Both the position numbers and the translations under genes were made by a program. Below are positions 12,125 to 24,969 of a DNA stretch of 64,000 nucleotides, piece by piece (position 1 is the stretch's first letter; each line of letters starts with the position of its first letter). Location of the stretch: NCBI GenBank assembly GCA_951406725.2, contig OX597815.1, forward strand, positions 212,598,001 through 212,662,000, given 5' to 3'. The DNA comes from Octopus vulgaris. Taxonomy: Eukaryota. Under the pieces are notes generated by a model. It was not told the origin of the DNA. It saw only the letters and a program-made list of their open reading frames with translations, and made no database searches.

Positions 12125-12251
12125 TGAATCTGCAAACTAATGGTATCAAAATTAGCATTTGATGACTAATCTATCAAATTGCTTCAAACAAAAGGATTGG
12201 TGCTGGCAGGATGGTCAACACTCAAATGGTTTACACTGAATTATTGATTAG
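12125..12251. repeat. 127-bp direct repeat, copy 2
   Basis: Matches 10882-11008. Confidence 0.9.
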
Positions 12252-12631
12252 GCTTCTTTTTTTTTGCTTTTTTGTTGTTTTTTTTAACTTCAGTTTGAAC
12301 CAGGATATGAAACTTAGCTTTTTGAACAGAGATTATACAGATATCAGTTTATAAAGTGGATCCAAAAATATGAAACACGTCAGGAAATGAGATATTTAAA
12401 TAGAGCTCTTCTTTTTTTTTTCCTCCATATTCCAATGGTCCTTATATGTCCACTAAATTAAGGAAACTTATTTACTGGAGAACACAAACAAGACATTTCT
12501 TGCTCCCATATATATATATAATTATTGTAATTATCAATTTAGTAAATAAATAAATAAGTTAACATAATATAATGTGTAAAAGCTGATGACCCACCTATTG
12601 ATCCTCTCCATTTTCTTATTGCTATATATAT

Positions 12632-12974
12632 ATCATCATCATCATCATCGTTTAACATCCGTTTTCCGCGCTAGCACGGGTTGGACGGTTTCGACCGGGG
12701 TCTGGGGAGCCAGGGGCTGCCCCAGGCTCCAGTCTGGTCTGGCAGCGTTTCTACAGCTGGATGCCCTTCCTAACGCCAACCACTCCACGAGTGTAGTGGG
12801 TGCTTTTTACGTGCCACCTGCACAGGTGCCAGAGGGGTGTGGCATCGGCCACGGTCAGTTGGTGCTTTTTATGTGCCACCTGCACAGAAGCCAGTCGGGG
12901 CGGTGCTGGCATATATCATCATCATCATCATCATCGTTTAACGTCCATTCTCCATGCTAGCATGGGTTGGACGG

Positions 12975-12976
<2 letters not shown>
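12632..12976 (-). mobile_element. Two adjacent family A RTE 3' ends (12632-12912 and a short 12916-12976)
   Basis: Two (CAT)n-CGTTTAAC(A/G)TCC starts. Confidence 0.85.
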
Positions 12977-13015
<39 letters not shown>

Positions 13016-13228
13016 GCAGAATCAATATGCACATAATATTCTGAATATACATAGAATTTATATAACACAAATATAATAAAAAATTTGGCAGAGGGTGATG
13101 ACAAAGGAACATATGGAAGAACAAAAGAACACACATATAATGTGGACATGGTGAATCTTTCATCAGTTATTGACCAAATATCACCAGAATTTCAATAGTA
13201 TCGATAAAATTTATACATGTATATATAA

Positions 13229-13279
<51 letters not shown>

Positions 13280-13422
13280 GAAAGTAGAACGACAACAGGA
13301 ATAAACATTTACGTTAATGAAGTTCATAGCATGGCTGAGTATTCCTTTGTCATCCCTATTTCTTATTACTGCTCTACACTCAACTGACGCTTCATTCTGA
13401 AGCATTACTCTTTTTTTTGGCT

Positions 13423-13636
13423 CTTTTACTCTTTCATTTGTTTCAGTCATTTGACTGCGGCCATGCTGGAGCACCACCTTCAGCCGAACAAATCAACCCC
13501 AGGACTTATTCTTTGTAAGCCTAATACTTATTCTATCAGTCTTTTCTGTCGAACTGCTAAGTTACGGGGACGTAAACACACCAACACACCAGCATCGGTT
13601 GTCAAGCGATGGTGGTGGGACAAACATAGGCACAGA

Positions 13637-13680
<44 letters not shown>

Positions 13681-13752
13681 AAAAGCACCCACTACACTCA
13701 CGGAGTGGTTGGCGTTAGGAAGGGCATCCAGCTGTAGAAACATAGGCACAGA

Positions 13753-13791
<39 letters not shown>

Positions 13792-13910
13792 GATGGGCTT
13801 CTTTCAGTTTCCGTCTACAAAATCCACTCACAAGGCTTTGGTCAGCCCATGGCTATAGAAGAAGACACTTACCCAAGGTGCCATGCTGAGGGACTGAACC
13901 CGGAACCATA
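13423..13910 (-). mobile_element. tRNA-headed SINE (family C) with internal (TA)n and a 63-bp family A insert
   Basis: GACTGCGGCCATGCTGGAGCACCACC tail, ACGATGGGCTTCTTTCAGTTTCCGTCTAC body, GGACTGAACCCGGAACC B-box region. Confidence 0.85.
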
Positions 13911-13921
13911 TACATATATGC

Positions 13922-13959
<38 letters not shown>

Positions 13960-14619
13960 CCACACACATGGCTGTGTACTTAAGAAGTTCACTTCTCAAC
14001 CACATGATTTCAGGTTCAGTTTTACTGCATGACACCTAAGGCAAGTATTGTCTTCTATAGCCCCAGGCCAACTAAAGACTTGTCAGTGGTTTGGTATACA
14101 AAAACTTTAAGCCCCCTCCCACACACACACATATACCAGCCATCCACATCAAGATTTGATACTAAGTAATGCTTAATCTATGTTATCTTTCATCACATTT
14201 GCAACATCTTGCTGCAGACTTACTTTTTAACATTTCATCCAAATAACCAACCTACTGACATTTCTTCCTCACATGAAATCCTCATCAAAATATTGATTCA
14301 TTTTGACAAAAATAAGGTCAACTTTCATAGAAAAGCAAGAATAAACTTTTTAATGAACTCTAGTAAATTACTGTTCCTTATTCTTTTAATTCCAGAGAGA
14401 TGTAAAGTTAAAGGATTTTAACTCACAAATACTGAGTTATAGAAAAATCAAATCATGTAGCAACACCAAATGGCGGTGCCCCAGCATGGCCACAGCTCAT
14501 AAGCTGAAACTAGATGAAATAAAATAAATGAAATAAAGTAAATTTAGGCCAATGGTTTACTATACCAGTCATCTCTATAATCTTCTTTTCCCAACAAATA
14601 TTAACCTTCAGCCATTTAA

Positions 14620-14830
14620 CCCTTCGGCATTCAGACTTCTTTGTCAAATGTGATGATTGTTTATTTACATTGTTTTGAACTAATCTTGTTTTATTATCTC
14701 AAAGCTTCCAGATTTTTATAATGTGATTATTGTTTATTTTTAGAATGACAATGCAAGGTAGATGTTTGGAAAAAAAATAATAACAGGTAGAATATTTGGG
14801 TTGGATAGGACCAGTTTAAATGCCAAAGGG
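14620..14830. mobile_element. piggyBac-type MITE (family F)
   Basis: TTAA|CCCTTCGGCATT ... AATGCCAAAGGG|TTAA; TTAA TSD on both sides. Confidence 0.85.
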
Positions 14831-15497
14831 TTAAGCTTATCAACCAACCAGCTATTTGCAGCTTATAGTTCAAGACACAGATTAACTTTGAGTAATAACA
14901 GTGACAGTAGACTTCCTAGAACAAAGATAAAAGAGACAATAACGAACATAAAATAACTCAATTCTTCAGTATTATTGGCAAACAGACTGCAGACTCCATT
15001 CAACTATCAAAATAAAAGACACTGCTGCCAAGGAATGTTTATCAATGCCTTTAATGGAACAATTTCAGAGAGCTTCTAAACCGTTTGATATTTGAGGAAT
15101 TCTCGGTTTTAATAGACCCAATGCTATATAAAATTGTTGAAATAAAACAACAATCAGTACTAAATCAGTAAAGAACTAAGAATATTTATTTAGAAATAAA
15201 AGGACTATGATTTTCCAAGCATGCAATATGAGTATAAAGGAAAGGCTGGCTCTATACAGGAAAGAAACAAAGGTATTAGAACTGTTGGCTATAAAGAAAT
15301 GGAGAGAGACAGGGGGAAAGATAACGTTAGCAAAACGACACTTGATTAAACAAGGGTCAAGTTTCAACAAAGGACAGAACCAATAAAGTCAGAAATAAAA
15401 GAAGCTGAATTGGAGTTAAGAGTTAAAAATAAAATGTTCTGTGAGGCTTCCTAACGAATCAATCACTGTGTTGTAAATAATAATAATAATGACTCTA

Positions 15498-16049
15498 CAG
15501 CATGACCTTCGAACGTTGGGCCTCACAGAGGCAATGACGAAAGACCGAGACCTCTGGAGGTATGCTGTGACTGCGAAGACCCAACAAATGAAGTGAGTTT
15601 CGCATAACCATCCCCAACTCATTCAAAAGTACCTTGGACCGTAGGATGACCTGCTGTGCTTACCTTGGATTGTAGGGTGACCAACATCAAAATAAAAATC
15701 AAATGGAAATTGTTGTTGTGATACCCGTGCTGGTGGCACGTAAAAAGCACCATCCGAACGTGGTTGATGCCAGTGCCACCTTGACTGGCTTCCGTACTGG
15801 TGGCCCGTAAAAAGCACCAACCAATTGTGACCGTTGCCAGCCTCCTCTGGCCTCTGTGCCGGTGGCATGTAAAAAGCACCCACTATACTCACAGAGTGGT
15901 TGGCGTTAGGAAGGGCATCCAGCTGTAGAAACACTGCCAGATCAGACTGGGGCCTGGTGCAGCCTCCTGGTTTCCCAGACCCAAGTCGAACCATCCAACC
16001 CATGCTAGCATGGAAAACGGACGTTAAACAATGATGCTGATGATGATGA
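15498..16049 (+). mobile_element. RTE-clade LINE 3' end (family A) including ORF2 C-terminus
   Basis: 15498-15596 reads QHDLRTLGLTEAMTKDRDLWRYAVTAKTQQMK*, followed by UTR, 3 tandem units and (GAT)n tail. Confidence 0.9.
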
Positions 16050-16747
16050 CTAAAAGCAAGAGATGTTTCCTTTCTTTTAATAAAAATGTGAAAAATAGGC
16101 TTTTCAGTTATACATTTCTTCCAAACCACAAGAACATAATCCCAGGATTCAGGTAAAATTCAAAATTAGCATATATAATATTGTTTTCATAATTTCACTT
16201 AGCAGTTTTTATACCAACCCACCTGAGATCTTCAGTTTTATGATACAAAACTGATACTTTTAAAGAGCAGTGGTGAAGGTGGTATACCTATGAAGGTGGG
16301 GTTCTCCAAATGATAAAAAAGGAGGAACACTGACAAAAAAATAAACTGACACACAGTAAAGGAGACCCTTTTGCCCTGCTGTAAAGTGCAAGTAACTAGA
16401 TAAAATATATTCAGTCCAAGACACAGATTAGTTCATGATGAGAAGATCGTCCAGATGGAAGAAACATTACCAAAAAACAAGAATTACACACAACAACAAA
16501 ACTGTACAGTTCTCTTTGCTGCTCAGTGACCCTTATGAAGGGGCAACCAATGAATGATAAGATGCTATGAGTCCCACCCAACCATGTCAGAGGGGGAAAA
16601 AACAGGCTGCATATAGTCACAGCCTGAGGTATCTTGCAAAGGTATTCAAGAAGCACCTGAATAACATACTAGCTGCAGTTTCAGATGAACCAACATCACA
16701 AGAAATGCAATTGCTGGATGAAACTCCTTTATTTACCAAAAGTACAA

Positions 16748-16981
16748 GGCGGCGAGATGGCAGAATCGTTAGCACGCCGGGCGAAATGCTTGGCGGTATT
16801 TCGTCTGCTGTTACGTTCTGAGTTCAAATTCTGCCGAGGTCGACTTTGCCTTTCATCCCTTCGGGGTCGATAAATTAAGTACCAGTTACGCACTGGGGTC
16901 GATGTAATCGACTTAACCCCTTTGTCTGTCCTTGTTTGTCCCCTCTGTGTTTAGCCCCTTGTGAGCAATAAAGAAGTAAGA
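16748..16981 (+). mobile_element. Young tRNA-headed SINE (family B)
   Basis: A-box-like TGGCAGAATCGTTAG, B-box GAGTTCAAATTC, body CTTTCATCCCTTCGGGGTCGATAAATTAAGTACC; flanking TSD AAAAGTAC (16738 and 16982); near-identical to 33679-33906. Confidence 0.9.
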
Positions 16982-17170
16982 AAAAGTACTATAGAAGCAG
17001 AGCCAATTGCACAGGCAGTGCTATAGCATGGCCACAACCCTAACACTGGAACTAAGAAAAGAATGAATGACAATATATTTGCAAATACACACAATTTTAA
17101 AAACTATTCTTATATCCTTTTCCCGTGCTCAGGTATAGATAATACATGCATAAGACATACAGACAGATAC

Positions 17171-17204
17171 CATTTTCCATCTTATTCCCGTCAGGTGAGT
17201 AAAT
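17171..17204 (-). CDS. Candidate 34-nt exon; ATG GAA AAT G (MEN, phase 1) or internal IYSPDGNKMEN
   Basis: Acceptor ...TTGATTCAG, donor ATG|GTATCT, AAGATGG start context; in non-repetitive DNA. Confidence 0.35.
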
Positions 17205-17718
17205 CTGAATCAATATTCCTTTAATGTGTGTGTGTATGTATGTGTGTGTGTTGTTGTGTAGCAAAATAATGAATGACACTCCAAGAGCAATCCTAACAGT
17301 GAACTGGCTGACAGCTTCAAGCACTTGGACTCTATTAGCTGTGCACAACTTCTATTCAACACTATAAAAGAATCATCATCGTTCAGCACTAACAAAAGCA
17401 GCTAAAAGGCTGCATTTTTGTTTTTTTTGTTCCTTTTTTTTTTTTTTTTTTGAGGCCAGTTTGCAGTTCTGAACAAAGATATTATCAGTTACATGTTGCC
17501 TATGTGCAAATCACATTATATAATATTATCGTCATCATCATCGTCATCACCACTTTAATATTTACTTTTCCATGCTGGCATGGGTCAGACAAACTTCATT
17601 GAGGCAGATTTTCTACAGCTGGATGTCCTTCCTGTCACCAACCTTCACATGCTTCAAAGCAAGATAAGATTTTCCCCCAACAGCCAGGCGTGTTTTCATG
17701 GAAAATTGGAAACAATGA

Positions 17719-17767
<49 letters not shown>

Positions 17768-17883
17768 TAGATAGATATATAGACATACACCCATACATAT
17801 AGATATATATTTATACACATATACATAGACAGATGTTTATGTATATATATATGCATAAATATCTATACACAAACACATTTATA

Positions 17884-17934
<51 letters not shown>

Positions 17935-19142
17935 CACACATTCATATATATCTATACACAGACAGATATGTTTGTTTGTTTGTGTGTGTGTGTGTAGACA
18001 GATATACACACACATATACACAGATTACACACACACATATACATATACAAAATGATAAAAATCTGATGGTAGCATACATGCATGCATGTAAACATACATA
18101 TATACATACATGTTCATTCGTTCAAAGTGCGTTTTTCTGTGCAGACAAAGGTCTGGATGAAGATTTATTTCAGACAGGACTTTACAGCCTGAGGCTTTCC
18201 CCATCGTTGACCTTTACCTGTCTTTCAAATGAAGGGAGATCTTTATCTCACAAAGCTTTGAAAGCACAGAACAACTGATCATAATATCAACAAGGAATGT
18301 CAACAACAGCATCACTTCACTCTGGCAGTGATAAGCATATAATATAGAAACACTAGCTGACCTCCTGCCATCAATAATGACAGCTAATTGTAGCATTTTA
18401 TATATAAATAAGGTACAAAAGAAGGTACATAATAATCACACATAAAAGCATTTACATACTTCCCTTGTACACATAGAGTTGAAACACTGATCTTTTTTTA
18501 ACCCCTTCCTTTCTCTCATTGCTATTACTTTCTCTCACTCCCTTTCACTTAAGGCTATTACTCTCACTACTTCTCCTTCACTGAATTACTATTTCCTGTC
18601 CTCCTCCACATCCGGCATGATTCTGGACACACACACACACACACACAGTCATCATCATTTAACATCCAGTTTCCAAGCTGGAATGGGTTGGATGGTTTGA
18701 TAGGATCCAGTGAATAACAAGGCTACACTGAGCTCCTATGTACATATATAATAAACAAGCATGCTTATAAACATACATATATATACAAACAACCACACAC
18801 ACAACAATTTTTTTCGTGTTTGCACAAATCCTCTTGCAAGGCTTTGATCAGCCTGGGGCTATCATGAAAGATACTTGACCAGAGTGCCAGACATTGGCAC
18901 TAAACACAAAACCACATGATCGGGAAACCTGCAACTATACATAGATACTTTTGTGTGTGCACACTTTTTGCCTACGCATGTTAGAAAAATGCAAAGAGTA
19001 ACAAAGCTGTTGTAAAGGCAAAGTGACTGGCCTATTCAGAACTTGCAACCAATAACGTTATATTGTTCATAAAAATGCAACAGAAAATAACAAAAAAATA
19101 AGTTATGTCAGATATGTAGGCATTAAACTCCTATGAGAGACA

Positions 19143-19373
19143 TTAACCTTTTAGCTTTCAAACTGGTCTTATCTGGCCCATATATTCTACCCATTTTATG
19201 TTCAAAGCAGTCTCATTTGAACTCTAACACCTACCCCTACAATGTCATCCTAAAAATGAACAATCACATTATTGAAACCTCAAAGCAACAAAATAATGTA
19301 TGATTAATTTATGACAAAGTAAGCAAGTAAACATTATAAGTTGACAGAGTAATTGGAATGTTGTAGGGTTAAA
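19143..19373. mobile_element. piggyBac-type MITE (family F), diverged
   Basis: TTAACCTTTTAGC...TAGGGTTAA; internal ATATTCTACC...CCTACCCCTACAATGTC shared with other copies. Confidence 0.75.
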
Positions 19374-19614
19374 AGAGAAAGGAACTGTAAAAGCAGTCAA
19401 TGAATCAAAGTAGTTTTGGAGGCCGCAAAAGAAAACTATATCAAAAGCTATTAGCTTAAAATTTAGTAGATAAATCAAATCGAGATGGTTGTTGTTTAGC
19501 CCCCAGTTCTGATCAAGCAAACCTATGATCAAAGGCATTCCAGTCATGACCACATCACTTTGTGTATCAAAGACTACTACTAATAATAATAATAATAATA
19601 TTAATCATCCATTC

Positions 19615-19810
19615 TACTATGGGCACAAGGCCTGAAAATTTGAGGGAGGGGGCTGGTCAATTACATTGATGATAATACTACACTGGTACTTAATTGACCC
19701 CAAAAGGATGAAAGGCAAAATTGACCTCAGTGGAATTTGAACTCAGAACATAAAGATGGACAAAATGCCACTAAGCATTTTGCTTGGCATGCTAACAATT
19801 CTGCCAGTAC
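19615..19810 (-). mobile_element. Diverged family B-related SINE
   Basis: GACCCCAAAAGGATGAAAGGCAAAATTGACCTCAGTGGAATTTGAACTCAG is the reverse complement of the family B B-box/body. Confidence 0.75.
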
Positions 19811-20452
19811 TTTTAAACAGTACAATGTGATTTGAGAGACCTATGGCTGCCATTTCTATCAGATTGAGTAACAGCTTAGATGCTCTCTAGAAGTAAATTA
19901 GCTTTACTGCCTGAATTAACCAAGATAGACAGACAAGTATCCAGGCTCCATTGAAAAGTGACTGATGAGGAAACAAACAAGCAAGGAGAAATTTCATAGC
20001 TATCATCTTCATGCTATGTGGACTATAATTAAGCACTGGTCATTTTTAGATTATCCCTTAAATATGGTCATATTAGCATGCAAATGCATACATAGACATA
20101 TGAAAAAGAAAAACAAGTATTCCCAGAAAGAAATACAAAAATACATATCAGACTTTGACAGCTATAATAGCAGAGCAAAATATATTCCAATACTAAAATG
20201 CATTTTGCTTTTATTTGTTAACATTTTGGTTAATACAGCAATTCTTTCTTCTGAATTTGTAAAAGAAAAGGATGGATTTTTCTTTCATTTTCTCAAATAT
20301 TACAGATCTACTAACCCAGTCTTTCTCACAAAACTAAATTCATTTCACTTTGGGGAATTGATATACAAAACAAATGGCTACCAAAAAGTACAAGCATATT
20401 AAATTTCATTTTCATATTTGGTTTATAATGACTCAGTAAAATTTATAATAAC

Positions 20453-20554
20453 ATTAACAGTTATCGCCAAGCTAATACGGCAGTCCATAAATATAGGACG
20501 AAAGCTGCCGTTATGGACTGGCGATAACTGTTAATATCCAGTACCGCTGCCGTA
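20453..20554. repeat. CpG-rich nested inverted-repeat island
   Basis: Perfect 17-bp IR 20453-20469/20519-20535; inner IR CAGTCCATAA/TTATGGACTG; ACGGCAG/CTGCCGT. Confidence 0.8.
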
Positions 20555-21044
20555 GTCTCCTTTAGAAAGACTTATAAATAATAATATTTCTATTTATATA
20601 ATACCATTCTTAATAACCACCCAAACTTTATACTTGTCTTTTTTTTTCTTTTTGTCATAAGTATTTGCTACAGTAACACTCCATTTATGACACTGCAGTA
20701 CTCATCTCAATATACTGCCTATATACTTTCATTATATGTACTCCTATTGTGTTACTCTATCTCATAAGAATCATCATATGCAGTCTTTCTTACTCTTCTG
20801 AAGTTACTCCTTCAAAAGTAAACACTAGTCAAACTGCTAACCTCATATTCCATGCTCTGATTAAAAGTCCAGTTCATGCCAGCATAGAAGATGGGCATTA
20901 AATGATGATGATAAAGAATTTGAGCAACACAGAAAAGAGCCTAGGCAATAAGCCTTGGCAGTTGTTTTACTATTCTCCAATTCAGAAACAAATAGTCCTC
21001 AGTTCTACCAGGCAAAACCTAGTAGGATTTGAACTAATTGTTTC

Positions 21045-21263
21045 AACCATTCAGATTACTCTGTCAGGTGTAATGCTTAATTTTTACCAATGTTTTGAAT
21101 TAATCGTGCATTATCTTAAGCTTTGAGATTTTGATGATGTCATTGTTTATTTTTAAAAGGACACTATTGGGTAGGTGTGAGAGGCTGGACTAGCCACTTT
21201 TAACAGAAAACAGGTAGACTATTTGAGATGGATAACCACCAGTTTAAATGCTAGATGGTTAAG
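21045..21263. mobile_element. piggyBac-type MITE (family F), diverged
   Basis: CATTCAGATTACTCTGTC...GGGTAGGTGTGAGAGGCTGG...TTTAAATGCTAGATGGTTAA. Confidence 0.7.
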
Positions 21264-22334
21264 AATCAATAATCAAGTATAACATGACTATACAAAGAAT
21301 TTGTTAATCAAAGCATTAAAATATAAATCACTATTTATTCATATATTTAACCATTACAAGAGATGAAGTTAACAGTCTAATCACATTTTACTATGCAATT
21401 TTCAAATGTATTTCTTTTAAAATTTCCTTCATAAACATAATCTTGCTTCCCAAGGTAAAGAAATTTGAAAATAATTCAAATCCCTATCTCATCTTGTCTC
21501 AGCTGAACTCAGCTTTGTCCTGAGAGGACATGTACTGAACTTATATATAAATAGAAATATAGCAAAAAGAAAAATTATCTTGTATGTCAAAGATTTAGGA
21601 ACTTCAAGAATGTGAAATGATTCTTTTTTGGAATGGTGAATTTTTAAGTAGACAAAGCTACAAACAATAGCATGAAAATATTGGGTTAAAAACCCTTTGG
21701 ATACAAAAAGTCAAAAGCTGCCAGTAGGACATGAACCAACATCTTCATACATGACAAGCATTCTATTATTGGAGCAAAGCAATTCTTTGAATTCCTCTAT
21801 TCACTTTAGAAACTTTATTATTACCAGTGAAAACCGAATATTGTAGACATGGTAAGAATTTCCTGCAGGCAGCCAATGACTTTTTCTATACAAAAGAGAT
21901 TTTAGCCCAATATTTACGCAGTAATATTTGCAGCTTTATCTGCTTTCAGATTCACTGTTCCAAAAACGAACTATCTTAATTTTTCCTTAGTTTCATAATC
22001 AGACCCAATCTACATAACTCCCTATTATTCAACACTAATTGTTAATTTTAATTTTCAGATGTACATTAATTTTTGAGTATGTAAGAAAAATTTGTTTTTG
22101 AAGTATACAAAAATGAAATGATAAAGTTTTCCTTTGAGGTTACTTGTCTCAAAAACGTTTTAGATTTTTGACAGTAGAAATGGAGTAAGCAATGGTGAAT
22201 GTTTGCAAAGCTAAAATCAAACTGAGTTTCAGTATATTTGTGATAAAGGAATTAAAGGATTTATTAAAAACCTGAATTAAATTTTCAAAGAATAGTAATT
22301 GTGACAATTTCAAAAGTTAAAAGTTTTGAAAACA

Positions 22335-22722
22335 TAGGTATGAGTGAGTGGTAAAAGTTTTTCATGGGTTCAATCTCACTGTGTGTACCAAGTGCAAGTG
22401 TCTTTTACTGTAACCTCAAGCTGACCAAAGTCTTGAGAGTGGATTTGGTAGAGGGAAATTGAAAGAAGCCCATCATATATATGGATACATATATCTATGT
22501 GTGTATTTGTCTTTGTACCTGTGTTTGTCCCACACCACCGCTTGACAACCAGTGCTGGTGTGTTTACGTCCCTGTAACTTAGCAGTTTGGCAAAAGAGAT
22601 TGCTAGAATAAGTTCCAGGCTTTAAAAAAAATAAGTGCTGGGGTTGATTTGTTTGACTAAAATTCTTCAAAGCAGTACCCCAGCAGGACTGCAGTCTACT
22701 GACTGAGACAAATACAAGATAA
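22335..22722 (+). mobile_element. tRNA-headed SINE (family C)
   Basis: GTGGATTTGGTAG...GAAAGAAGCCC, CCGCTTGACAACCAGTGCTGGTGTGTTTACGTCCC, GACTGAGACAAATACAAGAT tail. Confidence 0.8.
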
Positions 22723-23304
22723 AACATTATATCCATGCATTCTGTGATGAGCTTTATTTAGCACTTACATCTGACATGAACCCTTGGGCTCATAAGGTTG
22801 GAGCTTAAATTAGTTTCCCTGGAGTAGATTACTGAAGGTACAACACTCCCTCCCACTGAACCAGACACCAGTCCACCACAAGGTTAACCTCCCAGTTATT
22901 GCTGAAACCAATTTACAGCTGAGTGAACTGCAATAATGTGAAATGAAGTGTTTTGCTCAAGAACACAAAGCACCACCATCCAGTCTGAGAATCAAAAACC
23001 ATTATCTTAAAACCATGAGTACAACATTCTAACCAGTAGACCATGCACCTTCACAAAGCCTTAAGAAGACAATAAAATAAGGACAATATAGAAAGACTTA
23101 CATGCATCAAAATCTGATATATCTAACAGTATTTTGGTAAATTTTATAAACACTGCAGTAGGAATCTTTTCAAAACCAACCAACTCAATCAAAACATCAA
23201 GTTTGCTAAACCCATACATGGGACTTTACACAGACTAAAAGGAGGAAATAAACTGATCATATGGAGAGGAAAAGTAATATTTTTAAAAAAAAACTATTAT
23301 ATAC

Positions 23305-23335
23305 CTGTTTTGTCTTTACCATTTGCATTACCCAT
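23305..23335 (-). CDS. Candidate alternative first coding exon MGNANGKDKT + G (phase 1)
   Basis: ATG GGT AAT GCA AAT GGT AAA GAC AAA ACA G|GTATAT; start context ACCAGGATGG; ~1.2 kb repeat-free region upstream on the minus strand. Confidence 0.5.
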
Positions 23336-24622
23336 CCTGGTTTGTAAAAATCCTTTCAATGGAAACAAACCGCTATATCCAGAGTAGATTTGTTCAAAGC
23401 GTTGAACCAGAGCAAAGTGTAGCAAGCATAACTCAAACGGTTGAAAAACATATTAAAAAGACAAACATTCTACTGCACACTGTTATAACACTAGAGTGAG
23501 CAGTTGTTAAATACAACCAACAGTAAATAGGTTTCTTCCATTGATTCAAATATAGTTTCCTGTTGAAGACTGCTGCTTGGTTATTATTTTTTTTTCAGTG
23601 GAATGCATTGAATATTGAGATGTAGCAACAGGGATGAGATACAGCTTCACGAGAACAGTGTTATTATCAATAAATGGATCACTATGGAGTTGAGTAAAAA
23701 TTAAAACATTTTTTTTTTTCTTTTAAATATATAAAAAAAAAAAACAGCAGCCAAATAAAAAGTGACAGCTGTTTAAAGTTGCTCCATTGTTTACAACAAT
23801 CAGCAAAAGTGGATTCTAATGTCATGTGTGTATTCAGTGCTTCTTCGATACTTCGATTAAATTAATGAACTCAGAACACTGATATGGAAAAAAAAAAAGG
23901 CAAGGATGAGGAGTGACGGAGGGGGGGGAATAGTATGGAAAGCACTAATAGAAAAAAAAAATGGCAGAGTGGAGGGAAAACAGAGCTGAATGGAAAATGT
24001 AGCTGAGAAGCAACTGGAGGTTCCTGGAGCTAATCTTCCATTAGCATAATTAGAAAGAAATAGAACTCAACTATTGCAAATGGACTTAGAATTTACTACA
24101 TTTCCAAATGAAAATTTAAGAAACTGTTTACTGAAAGTTGATGGTTTGTGGAGGCATGGAAGCGTTGGTTTCATATAGAACTGATAAGATAAGAGATAGT
24201 TAACAACGGTATTACTAAATACTCTGCATTGTAACTGTTAAACAATGGAAATTAAATGTCCACATTCAAATGAAATTTCAACAAAGACATGCTTTTTTTA
24301 TTTCTTTTTTTCTCATTCATTCTCGAAACATAGCAAACATTTTTTCCTTTTTGTGTTCATAACATTCCAAATAAGAGGTAATTAATCCATCACTAACACA
24401 GAAAATTAGTAGACAATGTGTAACTGGGCTGATACATTTACAATTTCTTTTCACAACCAACCACAATTATGAATTGTGTCACCATACATAATGTAAATGA
24501 ACCGAAATAAGGGAAGCCAGTGTATACAGTATAAAAGAACCACTAAAAAGTGTAGATAATTATATATTATTAGTTATTAAATAACTATCTAAACAAACCA
24601 AAATTTATATTAAGTTATATAC

Positions 24623-24969
24623 AGGCCGTTGCTAGCGCCGCCTCGACTGGCTTCTGTGCCGGTGGCACATAAAAAGCACCATCCGAACATGGCCGATGCC
24701 AGCGCCGCCTCGACTGGCTTCTGTGCTGGTGGCACATTAAAACCACCAACCGATCGTGGCCGATGCCAGACTCCCCTGGCACTTGTGCCGGTGGCACGTA
24801 AAAAGCACCCACTACACTCGCAGAGTGGTTGGCTTTAGGAAGGGCATCCAGCTGTAGAAACACTGCCAGATCAGACTGGGGCCTGGTGCAGCCCCTGGCT
24901 TCCCAGAACCCGGTCGAACCGTCCAACCCGTGCTAGCGCGGAAAATGGATGTTAAACGATGATCATGAT
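24623..24969 (+). mobile_element. RTE-clade LINE 3' end (family A)
   Basis: 3 tandem units, conserved core, GTTAAACGATGAT tail. Confidence 0.85.

Noticed and set aside
17192-17200. Perfect plus-strand donor CAG|GTGAGT
   Set aside because: No matching plus-strand acceptor/open exon found; overlaps the minus-strand candidate exon
18110-18206. Minus-strand ORF MGKASGCKVLSEINLHPDLCLHRKTHFERMN and nearby CAG|GTAAAG donor
   Set aside because: Ends in phase 2 at a microsatellite-derived GT; no independent support, so not called
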